A stretch of 64,000 nucleotides of DNA from an uncultured Nitrospiraceae bacterium (GTDB lineage: Bacteria > Nitrospirota > Nitrospiria > Nitrospirales > Nitrospiraceae), in NCBI GenBank assembly GCA_963730935.1, contig CAVSTP010000004.1, positions 128,001 to 192,000 of the forward strand, written 5' to 3'. This document shows positions 45,525 to 55,795 of the stretch, piece by piece. The notes under the pieces were generated by a model. It saw only the letters and a list, made by a program, of their open reading frames with translations, was not told the origin of the DNA and searched no databases. Numbering within the stretch: the stretch's first letter is position 1; every line of letters starts with the position of its first letter. The translations under genes and the position numbers were made by a program.

Positions 45525-47543
45525 GTGATGGCGACTATGGCGACTCCCAGCATCATGCCGCCTATGACGGACGATCCCTTGTCTCTCTTGGCGAAGGAAT
45601 GGCTGGTCACCAATGGAACCGGGGGGTATGCCTCGAGCTCGCTGCTCGGCATTGCCACGCGCCGTTATCACGGCCTTTTTGTGCCGGACTTGCCCGGCCG
45701 GGGCCGCACGTTGATCATTCCGCGTCTGGACGAAACCGTCGAACGGGACGGGCAGACGGTGCTGCTAGCCGGCGCGGAATATGCCGGCGGACGGATCGAG
45801 TTCGATGGGGTCCGCTATCTGAAACATATACGGCTCGAATGGCAAACACCGGTGTGGACGTACGATATCGGCGGGTCGGTATTCGAAAAGCGGATCGTGG
45901 CTCCCCACGGGCAGAACACCACGTACATTCAATACCGCTGCCTGAACGGTTCGGTGCGGTTGCACCTGCGGCCGTTCGTCACCTACCGGATGCACGACGC
46001 GAGGCTGGGCGAAGGTCAGGCAGAGGTGTTTTCCCTGACGATCAGCAGCGGACGGTTCGAGATCCCTTTGCCACATGGCGCGCCGAGCCTCAAGCTGTGT
46101 GTGCGGCCGCTCAAAGGCGTCTTCGTCACAGAAGAAGTGACCAGCAAAGATGTGTCGTATCGAGTGGACCACGACCGCGGCTCCGAACACATCCAGGATT
46201 TGTTCAGTCCCGGCTATTTCACGATCGATCTCTCGGACGGTCAACACGTGGCCCTAGTCGCCAGCGTCGAGACGTGGGATATGCTCGACTTCGACTGCGA
46301 CGAGATTGTCCAGGCGGAGCAACGTCGTTTGGAAAGACTCATGTCGCTGGCTCCGGCGCACCAGAAGGATGATTTCGCCAGGCAGCTTCAATTGGCCGCC
46401 GATCAATTCATCGTGCAGCCGGGCGCCCGACCCGAGGACCAGGCACTGGCCCAGGCCTCGGGCGACGAAGCCAGGACCATCATCGCGGGGTATCACTGGT
46501 TCGGCGATTGGGGCCGGGACACGATGATCAGTCTCGAAGGATTGACGCTTTGTACCGGCCGGCCGCAGGAAACGAGAGCGATTCTGCGGACGTTCGCCCG
46601 CTACATTCAGGACGGGCTCCTTCCGAATCTGTTCCCGGAAGGATCTCGACAAGCGCTCTATCACACGGCAGACGCGACGCTCTGGTACTTCCATGCACTC
46701 GATCGCTATCTCACGGCGACCCAGGATTGGGACACGTTGATGCAGCTGTATCCCACCTTGAAAGAAGTGATACGCCATCACCGGCAGGGAACCAGGTTCA
46801 ATATTGGCGTCGATCCCAAGGATGGGCTGTTGCACGCGGGGGCGCCGGGATATCAACTTAGCTGGATGGATGCCAAGGTCGACGACTGGGTCGTCACGCC
46901 ACGCCGGGGAAAACCGGTAGAAATCCAGGGGCTCTGGTACAACGCCCTTCGTTTGATGGGTGAGTGGGCCGGCCAGCTGGGTGAACAGCCGGCTCCCTGG
47001 CTCGAGATGGCCGAGCAGGCCGAAGCCTCATTCCACGGGCGCTACTGGTATCCGAAGGGCGGCTATCTGTACGACGTCGTGGACGGCGAGGACGGGGACG
47101 ATCCGAGTCTTCGTCCCAATCAGATCTTCTCCCTGTCGTTACGCTTTCCAATCCTTCGTGCTGAGCGATGGCGGCCGGTCGTTGATGTCGTGAGCGAAAA
47201 GCTGCTGACGCCCTTTGGGCTGCGGACGCTCTCTCCCGATCATCCCGACTACAAGCGGACATACGCCGGTGATCTACGTGCCAGGGATGCCGCTTACCAT
47301 CAGGGTACGGTCTGGCCCTGGTTGATCGGTCACTACATCGATGCCCGACTCAAGGTGTATGGAGACAAGGTGGAGGCGCGGGGCCTACTGCGCGCGTTCG
47401 CCGACCATCTGCACGACGCCGGTATCGGGACGATCAGTGAAATTTTTGACGCGGAGCCGCCATTCCGCCCCCGTGGATGCATTGCCCAGGCCTGGAGCGT
47501 GGCGGAGGTGCTGAGAGCCTATCTTCTCACTCGTACGGAGTGA
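45525..47543 (+). CDS. Glycogen debranching enzyme / amylo-alpha-1,6-glucosidase (GDE_N plus GDE_C)
   Basis: EWLVTNGTGGYAS, TRRYHGL, AGYHWFGDWGRDTMI, WMDAK, YHQGTVWPW, GCIAQAWSVAE. Confidence 0.93.
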   Translation: MMATMATPSIMPPMTDDPLSLLAKEWLVTNGTGGYASSSLLGIATRRYHGLFVPDLPGRGRTLIIPRLDETVERDGQTVLLAGAEYAGGRIEFDGVRYLKHIRLEWQTPVWTYDIGGSVFEKRIVAPHGQNTTYIQYRCLNGSVRLHLRPFVTYRMHDARLGEGQAEVFSLTISSGRFEIPLPHGAPSLKLCVRPLKGVFVTEEVTSKDVSYRVDHDRGSEHIQDLFSPGYFTIDLSDGQHVALVASVETWDMLDFDCDEIVQAEQRRLERLMSLAPAHQKDDFARQLQLAADQFIVQPGARPEDQALAQASGDEARTIIAGYHWFGDWGRDTMISLEGLTLCTGRPQETRAILRTFARYIQDGLLPNLFPEGSRQALYHTADATLWYFHALDRYLTATQDWDTLMQLYPTLKEVIRHHRQGTRFNIGVDPKDGLLHAGAPGYQLSWMDAKVDDWVVTPRRGKPVEIQGLWYNALRLMGEWAGQLGEQPAPWLEMAEQAEASFHGRYWYPKGGYLYDVVDGEDGDDPSLRPNQIFSLSLRFPILRAERWRPVVDVVSEKLLTPFGLRTLSPDHPDYKRTYAGDLRARDAAYHQGTVWPWLIGHYIDARLKVYGDKVEARGLLRAFADHLHDAGIGTISEIFDAEPPFRPRGCIAQAWSVAEVLRAYLLTRTE

Positions 47544-47552
47544 AGACGGGGG

Positions 47553-48314
47553 ATGTGGTCGGATGCAAGACGCATGAAGGGGAGCGAGCAGCGCAGCGCG
47601 GTGCACATCGGAACGTCCGGCTGGCACTACAAGCACTGGCTGGGACCGTTTTATCCAGCGAACCTTCGGCCCAAAGAGATGTTGTCCTGGTATATGGAAC
47701 GGTTCGACACCGTGGAACTCAACAACAGCTTTTACCATCTGCCGGCTCGAGAGACCTTCGAAGGCTGGCGGCGGGCAACGCCCGCGTGCTTCTGCTTTGC
47801 CGTGAAAGGGAGCCGGTACATTACGCATCGCAAAAAATTGAATGATCCCGCTCCGGCTCTCGCTCGCTTCATGGAACCGGTCGAATCACTAGGCGACAAG
47901 CTCGGGCCGATCCTCTTTCAGCTGCCGCCGCGGTGGGCGTGCAATGTGCCGCGTTTGAACGCCTTCCTGGACGCGCTGCCGCCGAGTCACCGATATACGT
48001 TCGAATTTCGCGATCCGAGTTGGCATGATCCCGCCGTCTATCGGGTGTTGGGACGGCACAATGCCGCCTTCTGTTTGTACGAGCTCGACGGCTTCGAGGC
48101 GCCCTGCCAGCTCACGGCTGATTTCGTGTATGTCCGGCTCCACGGGCCAGGGCGCAAATATCAGGGGGATTATTCCCCACAACAGCTGCGAGCCTGGGCT
48201 CGCCGGATTGCGGGGTGGCGGCAAAGAGTCAAGGCCGTCTATGTGTATTTCGACAACGATCAGGCGGGATATGCCGCGAAGAATGCGGCCGAGCTTAAAT
48301 CACTGCTCAATTAA
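47553..48314 (+). CDS. DUF72 family protein
   Basis: IGTSGWHY, VELNNSFY, LFQLPP, EFRDPSW, YVRLHG, YFDND. Confidence 0.92.
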   Translation: MWSDARRMKGSEQRSAVHIGTSGWHYKHWLGPFYPANLRPKEMLSWYMERFDTVELNNSFYHLPARETFEGWRRATPACFCFAVKGSRYITHRKKLNDPAPALARFMEPVESLGDKLGPILFQLPPRWACNVPRLNAFLDALPPSHRYTFEFRDPSWHDPAVYRVLGRHNAAFCLYELDGFEAPCQLTADFVYVRLHGPGRKYQGDYSPQQLRAWARRIAGWRQRVKAVYVYFDNDQAGYAAKNAAELKSLLN

Positions 48315-48424
48315 TACGTTCCCGAATGCTGAGGCCTAAGGTCCACCGTTTAAGATTTGAAATCTGGAATTTGAAAAGCAGGTGTGAAGGGGAAGCTCCG
48401 TTCGCACCTGCCAGGAGGTGAGAT

Positions 48425-48892
48425 ATGGAAACGCGCGCCACAGTGGCCAAGCACCCCGTTCATCCGATGCTGATTCCGTTCCCGATCGCGCTCTGGATTT
48501 TTTCCCTGGCGAGTGACCTGATCTCCCTCTTTGGATTCGGCGGTCCGGTCTGGAAGGACATCGCCTTGTACACGATGGTGGGGGGGATCGTCGGCGGGCT
48601 GGCGGCGGCGGTTCCAGGGTACATCGATTACCGTTCGCTGAGCGATCCGGTGATTGTGCGCGTCGCGCAGATGCACATGATCATCAATGTCGGGCTCATT
48701 GTATTGTTCACGATCAATGCCAGCCTGCGCATCATGTATGGGACCGAGGCGCTGCTGCCCGTGTTCCTCTCTGTGCTGGGAGTCGCGGCGCTCGGCGTCT
48801 CTGGCTGGCTGGGAGGCAAACTGGTTTACGTGCAGGGGGTGGCTGTACAACCGGAGCGGGAATCCACAGGACCGAAACGGCGGGCCGCGTAA
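48425..48892 (+). CDS. DUF2231 family membrane protein
   Basis: HPVHPMLIPFPIAL, HMIIN, SGWLGGKLVY. Confidence 0.88.
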   Translation: METRATVAKHPVHPMLIPFPIALWIFSLASDLISLFGFGGPVWKDIALYTMVGGIVGGLAAAVPGYIDYRSLSDPVIVRVAQMHMIINVGLIVLFTINASLRIMYGTEALLPVFLSVLGVAALGVSGWLGGKLVYVQGVAVQPERESTGPKRRAA

Positions 48893-48941
48893 ACGCACGT
48901 GCTGACTGTGCAGGCTTCACTCAGGTTCTCTTGGAGCACTT

Positions 48942-50693
48942 ATGGCTGACACTGTTGCAGATTTATTGGTGGATCGGTTGATTGAGTGGGAAGTCGATAC
49001 GGTCTTCAGTCTTCCCGGTGACGGGATCAACGGCATTTTTGAATCCCTGCGCCGGCGGCAGGACCATATTAAGTTGATCCAGGTGCGGCACGAAGAGGCA
49101 GCCGCCTTCGCGGCCTGCGGCTATGCCAAGTTTACCCGGCGTCTCGGTGTCTGTCTGGCGACATCCGGACCCGGCGGGCTGCATCTGCTGAACGGCCTGT
49201 ATGACGCCAAGTGCGACGGCCAGCCCGTCCTCGCCATCACGGGCCATACCTTCCACGATCTCATCGGCACCCACTACCAGCAGGATGTCGACCTCGTGAA
49301 GGTCTTCAGCGACGTCGCCGCTTACAATGAGCGGGTCATGGGACCCGCGCATGTCTGCAACGTCGTGGATGAGGCGGTGAAGACCGCGATCGCCCGGCGG
49401 ACCGTGGCGCATATTACGATACCCAAAGACATTCAGGACTGGTCTGCCGACGGCCATCGGTCGAAGGCCAACATTCCGATGCACAGCGGGGATCTCTACA
49501 GCGAGGCGCTGCCGCTTCCGCCCACTGCGACGCTGCGTCATGCAGCCGACATGCTCAATGCCGGCTCCAAAGTTGCCATCCTGGCCGGACGGGGCTGTCT
49601 CACAGCCCGTAAGGAAATTCTTGCGATTGCGGAAACGCTCGCTGCGCCGATCGTCAAACCGCTGCTCGGCAAAGCAGTCGTGCCGGACGATCATCCCTAC
49701 ACCACCGGCGGCATCGGTCTGCTCGGCACGGCGCCGTCGCAGGAGGTGTTGGAAGAGTGTGATACGTTGCTCATTGCCGGCAGCAGCTTCCCATATCTCG
49801 AATTCTATCCCAAGCCCGGGCAGGCGAAAGCCGTCCAGATCGATCTGGATCCGTCCCGCATCGGACTGCGCTATCCGGCGGATGTCGGATTGGTCGGACA
49901 CTGCTGGGACGTGCTCAGGGCGCTCATGCCGTTGCTCAAACAGAAAACCGACCGGACCTTCCTCTCGAAGGCACAGGAGCGGATGCGTCACTGGAACGAA
50001 CTGATGGAGATCCGCGGGACGCGCAGCGATCTCCCGTTGAAGCCCCAAGTGGTCGCGCGGGCGCTGAATGAGTATCTGGACCGCGACGCGATCATCTGCA
50101 GCGACACGGGCACCGTCACGACGTGGGCCGCGCGCCATATTCAGATCCGCGGGGATATGGAGTTTTCCGTGTCGGGGACGTTGGCCACCATGGCCAATGG
50201 ATTGGCCTACAGTATCGGGGCTGCGGTGGCGTTTCCCGGGCGGCAGGTCGTCTGCTTCACGGGTGACGGCGGTCTCACGATGTTGATGGGTGAGCTGGCC
50301 ACGATCGCCAAGTACCGTTTGCCCGTGAAGGTGATCGTGATCAAGAACAACGTCTTGGGCATGATCAAGTGGGAGCAGTTGGCCTTCGAGGGCAATCCGC
50401 AATACGGGGTGCAATTACAGCCCATCGACTTTGTTGCGGTCGCGCGGGCCTGTGGAATAGCCGGCTTCAGCGTTGAGGATCCCGCCCTCGTCCGGGCCGT
50501 GTTGGGCGAAGCCTTCCATCATGCAGGACCGGCGCTTGTCGAGGCCTCAGTCGATCCCAACGAGCCGCCGCTCCCGGGCAAGATTACGACCGATCAGGCC
50601 TGGCAGTTCGCGAAAGCCCTGGCGAAAGGGCAAAAAGATAGATGGGACATCATCAAAACGGTCGTCGAGAACAAGATCAGAGAAGTGGTGTAA
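48942..50693 (+). CDS. Thiamine-pyrophosphate-dependent pyruvate oxidase/dehydrogenase (PoxB-like)
   Basis: LPGDGING, VRHEEAAA, TSGPGGLHLLNGLYDAK, GDGG...NN TPP motif. Confidence 0.88.
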   Translation: MADTVADLLVDRLIEWEVDTVFSLPGDGINGIFESLRRRQDHIKLIQVRHEEAAAFAACGYAKFTRRLGVCLATSGPGGLHLLNGLYDAKCDGQPVLAITGHTFHDLIGTHYQQDVDLVKVFSDVAAYNERVMGPAHVCNVVDEAVKTAIARRTVAHITIPKDIQDWSADGHRSKANIPMHSGDLYSEALPLPPTATLRHAADMLNAGSKVAILAGRGCLTARKEILAIAETLAAPIVKPLLGKAVVPDDHPYTTGGIGLLGTAPSQEVLEECDTLLIAGSSFPYLEFYPKPGQAKAVQIDLDPSRIGLRYPADVGLVGHCWDVLRALMPLLKQKTDRTFLSKAQERMRHWNELMEIRGTRSDLPLKPQVVARALNEYLDRDAIICSDTGTVTTWAARHIQIRGDMEFSVSGTLATMANGLAYSIGAAVAFPGRQVVCFTGDGGLTMLMGELATIAKYRLPVKVIVIKNNVLGMIKWEQLAFEGNPQYGVQLQPIDFVAVARACGIAGFSVEDPALVRAVLGEAFHHAGPALVEASVDPNEPPLPGKITTDQAWQFAKALAKGQKDRWDIIKTVVENKIREVV

Positions 50694-50783
50694 GCCGTCG
50701 TCCGCACAGAGTTGAACCATTCCTATTCGCCGAAGGAGAAGAAGAGGCGATAGGAACACATTCTGCCGAAGGGAGTCCAGTCT

Positions 50784-52931
50784 GTGGCCCACAGTATCGC
50801 CAATGCTGTCGTCATCAAGCATGGAAACCTATTTTTTCTCGCGCCTCCCGACGGAGTAGTGCCGATGGTGCGCGGCCATGGGTTCGGTCTCTATTACCAC
50901 GATTGCCGGTATCTGAACGGCTATGAGTTGTTGGTCGGCGGCGAGCATCCAGAGCCGTTGGCAGCACGTTCGTGGGAGGGAGGCCGCGCAGTCTTTCAAT
51001 TGACCACGCCGGATTTTCAGGCGCCGAACGGCCGGACTATTCATCGTGAGACGGTCGGCCTGAAGTGGGACCGCGTGATCGACGCCGAGCAGTGCGTGCT
51101 GCATGAACAGCTGGATATCCAGTGCTTCGGCTACGAGGCGATCGACTTTCCGCTGACCATGCGCTTCCGTGCAGGCTTTGAAGATGTGTTTGAGATCCGC
51201 GGGCTGCTCCGCGAGGTCAAAGGCAAGCTCTTCAAGCCCGTCTGGAAGGACAAATGCCTCGTGTTCTCCTATGAGGGAGGAGACAAGATCCGGCGGAGCT
51301 TGGCCGTGCATTTCTATCCGTTGCCGGCAGAGATCAAGGGCGACACCGTCCAGTTTCACATTTCGCTCAAGCCGAACGAGACCAGGCAGATCCGTATTTC
51401 GCTGGCCATCGCCGAGTCGGAGGAGCAGCCAAACCGGCTGTTCGCGCAAACGAGCGTGTACCGAGATCTGCAGGCCGTTTCCCACGGCATCAAGGCGTCC
51501 GCCGAGCATTGGCTGAAACGAGAGACGGAATTCCGCAGCGACAGCCTGCTGCTCAACCGCGTGATGCGCCGTTCGCTGATGGATCTGCACATGTTGAAAT
51601 CGTCCATTGGAGGGGACGAATTCTTCGCGGCCGGCGTGCCTTGGTTCGTCTCCCTCTTCGGACGGGACAGTCTGACCACCTCCCTGCAGACGATGGCGTT
51701 CTGGTCCGACACGCCGGCGCCGACGCTCCGATTGCTCGCCCGCCACCAGGGCACGCAGGTGAGCGACTGGCGCGACGAGCAGCCGGGCAAGATCCTGCAT
51801 GAGCTGCGGGTCGGCGAGCTGGCCCGGATGAACAAGATCCCCCACACGCCGTACTACGGCACCATCGATGCCACGCCGCTCTTCCTGATCTTGATGAGCA
51901 GGCAAGCCCGGTGGACCGGCAACCTGGACCTCTTCCGGGAGTTACGCGTCCCCGTCGAGCGGGCGCTGCACTGGATCGACAAGTATGGAGATGTCGCTGG
52001 CGACGGCTATGTCAGCTATTTGAGCAACACCAACAAAGGCCTGATCAATCAAGGCTGGAAGGATTCCGGAGATGCGCTGGTGACAGAAGACGGCCGGTTT
52101 GCCGAGCCGCCCATTGCACTGGCCGAAGTGCAGGGCTATGTGTACATGGCAAAGAGGGAAATCGCCGATCTCTATGAGCGGATCGGAGAGCGAGAGCATG
52201 CGACGCGTCTGCGCGCCGAAGCACGGGCGTTGCGTGCGCGCTTCAACCACGACTTCTGGATGGAGGAAGAAGGTTGCTATGCGATGGCGCTCGAAGCGGG
52301 GCATCGTCCCTGCCGCGTCATGTCCTCGAACGCCGGCCAGGCCCTGTGGACGGGCATCGTGGACGAGGACAAGGCCGGTCGGATGGTGCAACGCCTGATG
52401 AAGCCCGACCTGTTCAACGGGTGGGGCATCAGAACGCTGTCCTACAAGGAGCGGCGCTACAATCCGATGGGTTATCACCTGGGCACCGTCTGGCCCCACG
52501 ACAATTCGCTCATTGCGGCCGGGTTTCGGCGCTACGGATACGACGAAGAAGCGACCAGGATTTTTGTCGGCTTGCTCGAAGCCGCCATGGAGTTCGAGGA
52601 CTATCGCCTTCCGGAACTGTTCACCGGCTTCGGCCGCGAGGAATACGGTCAGCCGGTCCGCTATCCGGTGGCTTGCCATCCGCAGGCCTGGGCGGCAGGA
52701 TCCATTCCGTTCCTGGTCGAGACCTTCCTCGGCCTCGCCCCGGATGCCTTCAATAATCGGTTGAAAATTATCAAGCCGTCTCTGCCCGAATTCATCAATC
52801 AGGTGGAACTCCGCCACCTGCGCATCGGCCAGTCATCGGTAAATTTGCGGTTTGAGCGAAAGCGAGACAGGTCGTTAGAGGTGCAGGTTGGAGAGGTAAC
52901 CGGTGACCTGAAGGTGGAGGTCGAGACCTAG
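50784..52931 (+). CDS. Amylo-alpha-1,6-glucosidase family protein (second, distinct subfamily)
   Basis: AAGVPWFVSLFGRDS, EQPGKILHELR, YYGTIDATPLF, NQGWKDS, YHLGTVWPHDN, ACHPQAWAA. Confidence 0.9.
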   Translation: MAHSIANAVVIKHGNLFFLAPPDGVVPMVRGHGFGLYYHDCRYLNGYELLVGGEHPEPLAARSWEGGRAVFQLTTPDFQAPNGRTIHRETVGLKWDRVIDAEQCVLHEQLDIQCFGYEAIDFPLTMRFRAGFEDVFEIRGLLREVKGKLFKPVWKDKCLVFSYEGGDKIRRSLAVHFYPLPAEIKGDTVQFHISLKPNETRQIRISLAIAESEEQPNRLFAQTSVYRDLQAVSHGIKASAEHWLKRETEFRSDSLLLNRVMRRSLMDLHMLKSSIGGDEFFAAGVPWFVSLFGRDSLTTSLQTMAFWSDTPAPTLRLLARHQGTQVSDWRDEQPGKILHELRVGELARMNKIPHTPYYGTIDATPLFLILMSRQARWTGNLDLFRELRVPVERALHWIDKYGDVAGDGYVSYLSNTNKGLINQGWKDSGDALVTEDGRFAEPPIALAEVQGYVYMAKREIADLYERIGEREHATRLRAEARALRARFNHDFWMEEEGCYAMALEAGHRPCRVMSSNAGQALWTGIVDEDKAGRMVQRLMKPDLFNGWGIRTLSYKERRYNPMGYHLGTVWPHDNSLIAAGFRRYGYDEEATRIFVGLLEAAMEFEDYRLPELFTGFGREEYGQPVRYPVACHPQAWAAGSIPFLVETFLGLAPDAFNNRLKIIKPSLPEFINQVELRHLRIGQSSVNLRFERKRDRSLEVQVGEVTGDLKVEVET

Positions 52932-52971
52932 TTGAGGCGGGCACGACGGACATTCAGCCCGGGAGTTCACC

Positions 52972-54330
52972 ATGTTCTCACACATTAACCCACTGCCGGA
53001 CGAGGATACGGCCGTCGATATGAGGGATTCATTCTCCATTCGATCGGCCATCGGCTTTTTCGAAGAGCTGTTCCGCGGCTGCGACACCCCCAATATCGCG
53101 GTGCGCTTCTGGGACGGGTCCGTCTGGAGACTGCGGTCGGATGAGCGGACCGACGCAACCCTGGTTCTCCGGCATCCGGAATCGCTCAGCCGGCTGCTTC
53201 GCTGGCCCGTCCAGCTGGCTATCGGAGAAGCCTACATCTATGACGACATCGATGTCCTTGGTTCGCTCGACACCCTGGTGCCCCTGGCCGACCATCTGAT
53301 GCAACGGCGCTGGTCGCTGATGGACTGGCTGCGCTGTGGAGCGGCCACCTTGAGGCAGCGCAGACTGGATCGTCTGCCTGAGGAAACGAGAAGTCTCGTT
53401 CTGCACGGACGGCGCCACGAGAAACTGCGGGACAAGGAGGCCGTGCGATTCCACTACGACGTGCCGGTCGAGTTCTACCGGCTGTGGCTGGACAGCCGTC
53501 TGATGTACTCGTGTGGTTATTATCAGAATGACGACGACGGGCTCGAGCAGGCGCAAACACAGAAGCTGGAATATCTGTGCCGAAAATTGAGCCTGAAGCC
53601 GGGCGACCGTGTGTTGGAGATCGGCTGCGGGTGGGGCGGCTTTGCGTTGTACGCCGCACAGGCCCATGGCGCACTGGTCCATGGAATCACGCTGAGCCGG
53701 CGGCAGGCCGAGGTGGCGAATCAACGCATCAGCGCGGCCGGCTTGTCCCGACGCTGTCGCATCGAGGTGCGCGATTTCCGCGATGTACACGGCGAACAGA
53801 TGTACGACAAGATCATCAGCATCGGCATGGTGGAACACATCGGCAAACATCGGCTGGCAGCCTATTATGGGCAGGCCATGGAGCTGCTGGGACCGGGCGG
53901 AGCCTTTCTCACCCAGGGCATCGGGACCAGGGACGGAGAGCCGACCTTGGGTCCATTCGCGAATCGCTATGTCTTTCCCGACGCTGAAGTTCTTCCGATT
54001 CAGGATATCGTCCGGGCGGCGGAACGTTCGGGCTTCGAAGTGCGCGACGTGGAAAGCCTGCGCGAGCACTATGCGCTGACGTTGAACGCTTGGAGCCAGC
54101 GGCTTGAACAGCATCATCAAGAAGCCGTGCGCGTGGTCGGCGAGGTGACGTACCGCGTGTGGCGCGCATACATGGCGATGGCCGGCTATCTGTTCCGTGT
54201 TGGGCGGCTCAGCCTGTATCACACGCTCTGCGTGAGAGCCGAAGATGGATGCGCCGGTCTTCCCCTGACCAGGGAGGACTGGTATGAGCCGCTACCGTCG
54301 ACTCTCAGCATTCGCAAAGATGCAGCCTAA
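52972..54330 (+). CDS. cfa: Cyclopropane-fatty-acyl-phospholipid synthase family methyltransferase
   Basis: HYDV..EFY, YSCGY, VLEIGCGWG, GITLS, SIGMVEHIG, YVFP, ESLREHYALTL. Confidence 0.9.
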   Translation: MFSHINPLPDEDTAVDMRDSFSIRSAIGFFEELFRGCDTPNIAVRFWDGSVWRLRSDERTDATLVLRHPESLSRLLRWPVQLAIGEAYIYDDIDVLGSLDTLVPLADHLMQRRWSLMDWLRCGAATLRQRRLDRLPEETRSLVLHGRRHEKLRDKEAVRFHYDVPVEFYRLWLDSRLMYSCGYYQNDDDGLEQAQTQKLEYLCRKLSLKPGDRVLEIGCGWGGFALYAAQAHGALVHGITLSRRQAEVANQRISAAGLSRRCRIEVRDFRDVHGEQMYDKIISIGMVEHIGKHRLAAYYGQAMELLGPGGAFLTQGIGTRDGEPTLGPFANRYVFPDAEVLPIQDIVRAAERSGFEVRDVESLREHYALTLNAWSQRLEQHHQEAVRVVGEVTYRVWRAYMAMAGYLFRVGRLSLYHTLCVRAEDGCAGLPLTREDWYEPLPSTLSIRKDAA

Positions 54331-54372
54331 CGGCACGTTTTGGGGTAGGAAGGCAGGGCTCACAATTCGGTA

Positions 54373-55677
54373 ATGTCCAAATCCGCAACTCATCGAGGAG
54401 CGTCGACCGGATGGCGACAACTCCTGCAAGATCGGAACGTACGATGGCTCTTTGCAGGTCAGACCGTCTCTCAAGTGGGAGACGGCGTGAGCAAGGTCGC
54501 TCTCCTCTGGTTCGTCTATGCGATGACCGAATCGGCGCTGAAAATGTCGCTGATCGGCGTCTTGCAGACCATACCGCCGCTCGTCTTCGGACCCTTCGCG
54601 GGCGTCCTGCTCGACCGGCTCGACAAGCGACGGGCCATGATCGTGATCGATCTGGTGAGAACCGGACTGCTCGCCTCCATTCCCATCCTGTATGCCGTCG
54701 GACTGCTGACTCTGCCATTGTTGTATGTGCTGGTTTTCGTCATCGCGATGTTTTCGATGGCGTTCGGGCCGGCCCTCAACGCAACACTGCCCCTCATCGT
54801 GAAAAAGGAGCAGTTGACCGGGGTCAACGCGCTGATGCAAAGCGCCATGACAATCGGTCAGCTTCTCGGACCGGCGCTGAGCGGGATCCTGATTGCCGCC
54901 ATCGGCGCGCAGAATGCGCTGTATGTGAATGCCGCAGCGTTTTTTCTCTCGGCGCTCTGTAAGATCCCGCTGCGCCTGCCGCATGTCCGCGCTCACCGAT
55001 CGAGTGACAACGTCTGGACGCAAGCCATCAAGGATCTGCAGGACGGCATCCGTTTCGTGTTCGTCAAGCAACGCCTGCTGTTCCTCCTCATGATCGTCGC
55101 TTCAATTTTTGCCCTGGGATCGACGGCCTTCGTCTATCTCTTGCCGGTCATCGGCGACCGCCTCCTGCACGTCGGATCCGTCGCGTTGGGATGGTTGTGG
55201 TCGTCGTTGAGCCTGGGAATTCTTGCCACCACGGTGTGGCTGATTTGGAAGCCGCAGCAAACAGTCTGCACGCGCATTTGGATGATTGCCGTCGCGGCGG
55301 CGATCGCCTCCGTCGCAGTCCCCGGGTTGTTGATGAGCGACTCGATGCTGTGGGCCGTGGGGCTGATCGTGGCCATCGGCGCCACCTCCGGGCTGATCAC
55401 ACCGCTCGTCGCCACCTCATTGCAGGAGCGGACCCCAAAAGATTTGATGGCTCGCGTCTTCGGTCTGTTCAACACCGGCACGATGGTCTTCTCGATGATC
55501 GGGATGACGCTGTTCGGCTGGGTCGCCGACCGTTTTGGGCCTGGAGTGAGCCTCGCCGCGATCGGCGTCGTCAACGGAGCCACGGCAATCGTCTCGATGG
55601 CGTTGCTTCCCTGGTGTTACCGCCTTGTCAAAGCGAACGCCTCTCGCCCGCCGCAGTCTCTGCGCCGGGCGTCCTAG
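54373..55677 (+). CDS. MFS transporter (DHA3/MefA-like), third paralog
   Basis: GQTVSQVGDGVSKVALLWFVY, GVLLDRLDKR; about 12 TM segments. Confidence 0.9.
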   Translation: MSKSATHRGASTGWRQLLQDRNVRWLFAGQTVSQVGDGVSKVALLWFVYAMTESALKMSLIGVLQTIPPLVFGPFAGVLLDRLDKRRAMIVIDLVRTGLLASIPILYAVGLLTLPLLYVLVFVIAMFSMAFGPALNATLPLIVKKEQLTGVNALMQSAMTIGQLLGPALSGILIAAIGAQNALYVNAAAFFLSALCKIPLRLPHVRAHRSSDNVWTQAIKDLQDGIRFVFVKQRLLFLLMIVASIFALGSTAFVYLLPVIGDRLLHVGSVALGWLWSSLSLGILATTVWLIWKPQQTVCTRIWMIAVAAAIASVAVPGLLMSDSMLWAVGLIVAIGATSGLITPLVATSLQERTPKDLMARVFGLFNTGTMVFSMIGMTLFGWVADRFGPGVSLAAIGVVNGATAIVSMALLPWCYRLVKANASRPPQSLRRAS

Positions 55678-55795
55678 CACAGGACAGGTTGTTCGCCATC
55701 TGAGACCGCTTGCCCGCCAGAAGGGTCTGAGACCCCTCAGAGCGTCGGCTCTCAACAGGGAACTGAGATGGTCTTGGAATTGCAAAGTTATCACC

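Noticed and set aside
55721..55738. Short hairpin gggtc-tga-gaccc after the MFS gene
   Set aside because: The stem is too short and there is no U-tract, so it cannot be supported as a terminator or REP.
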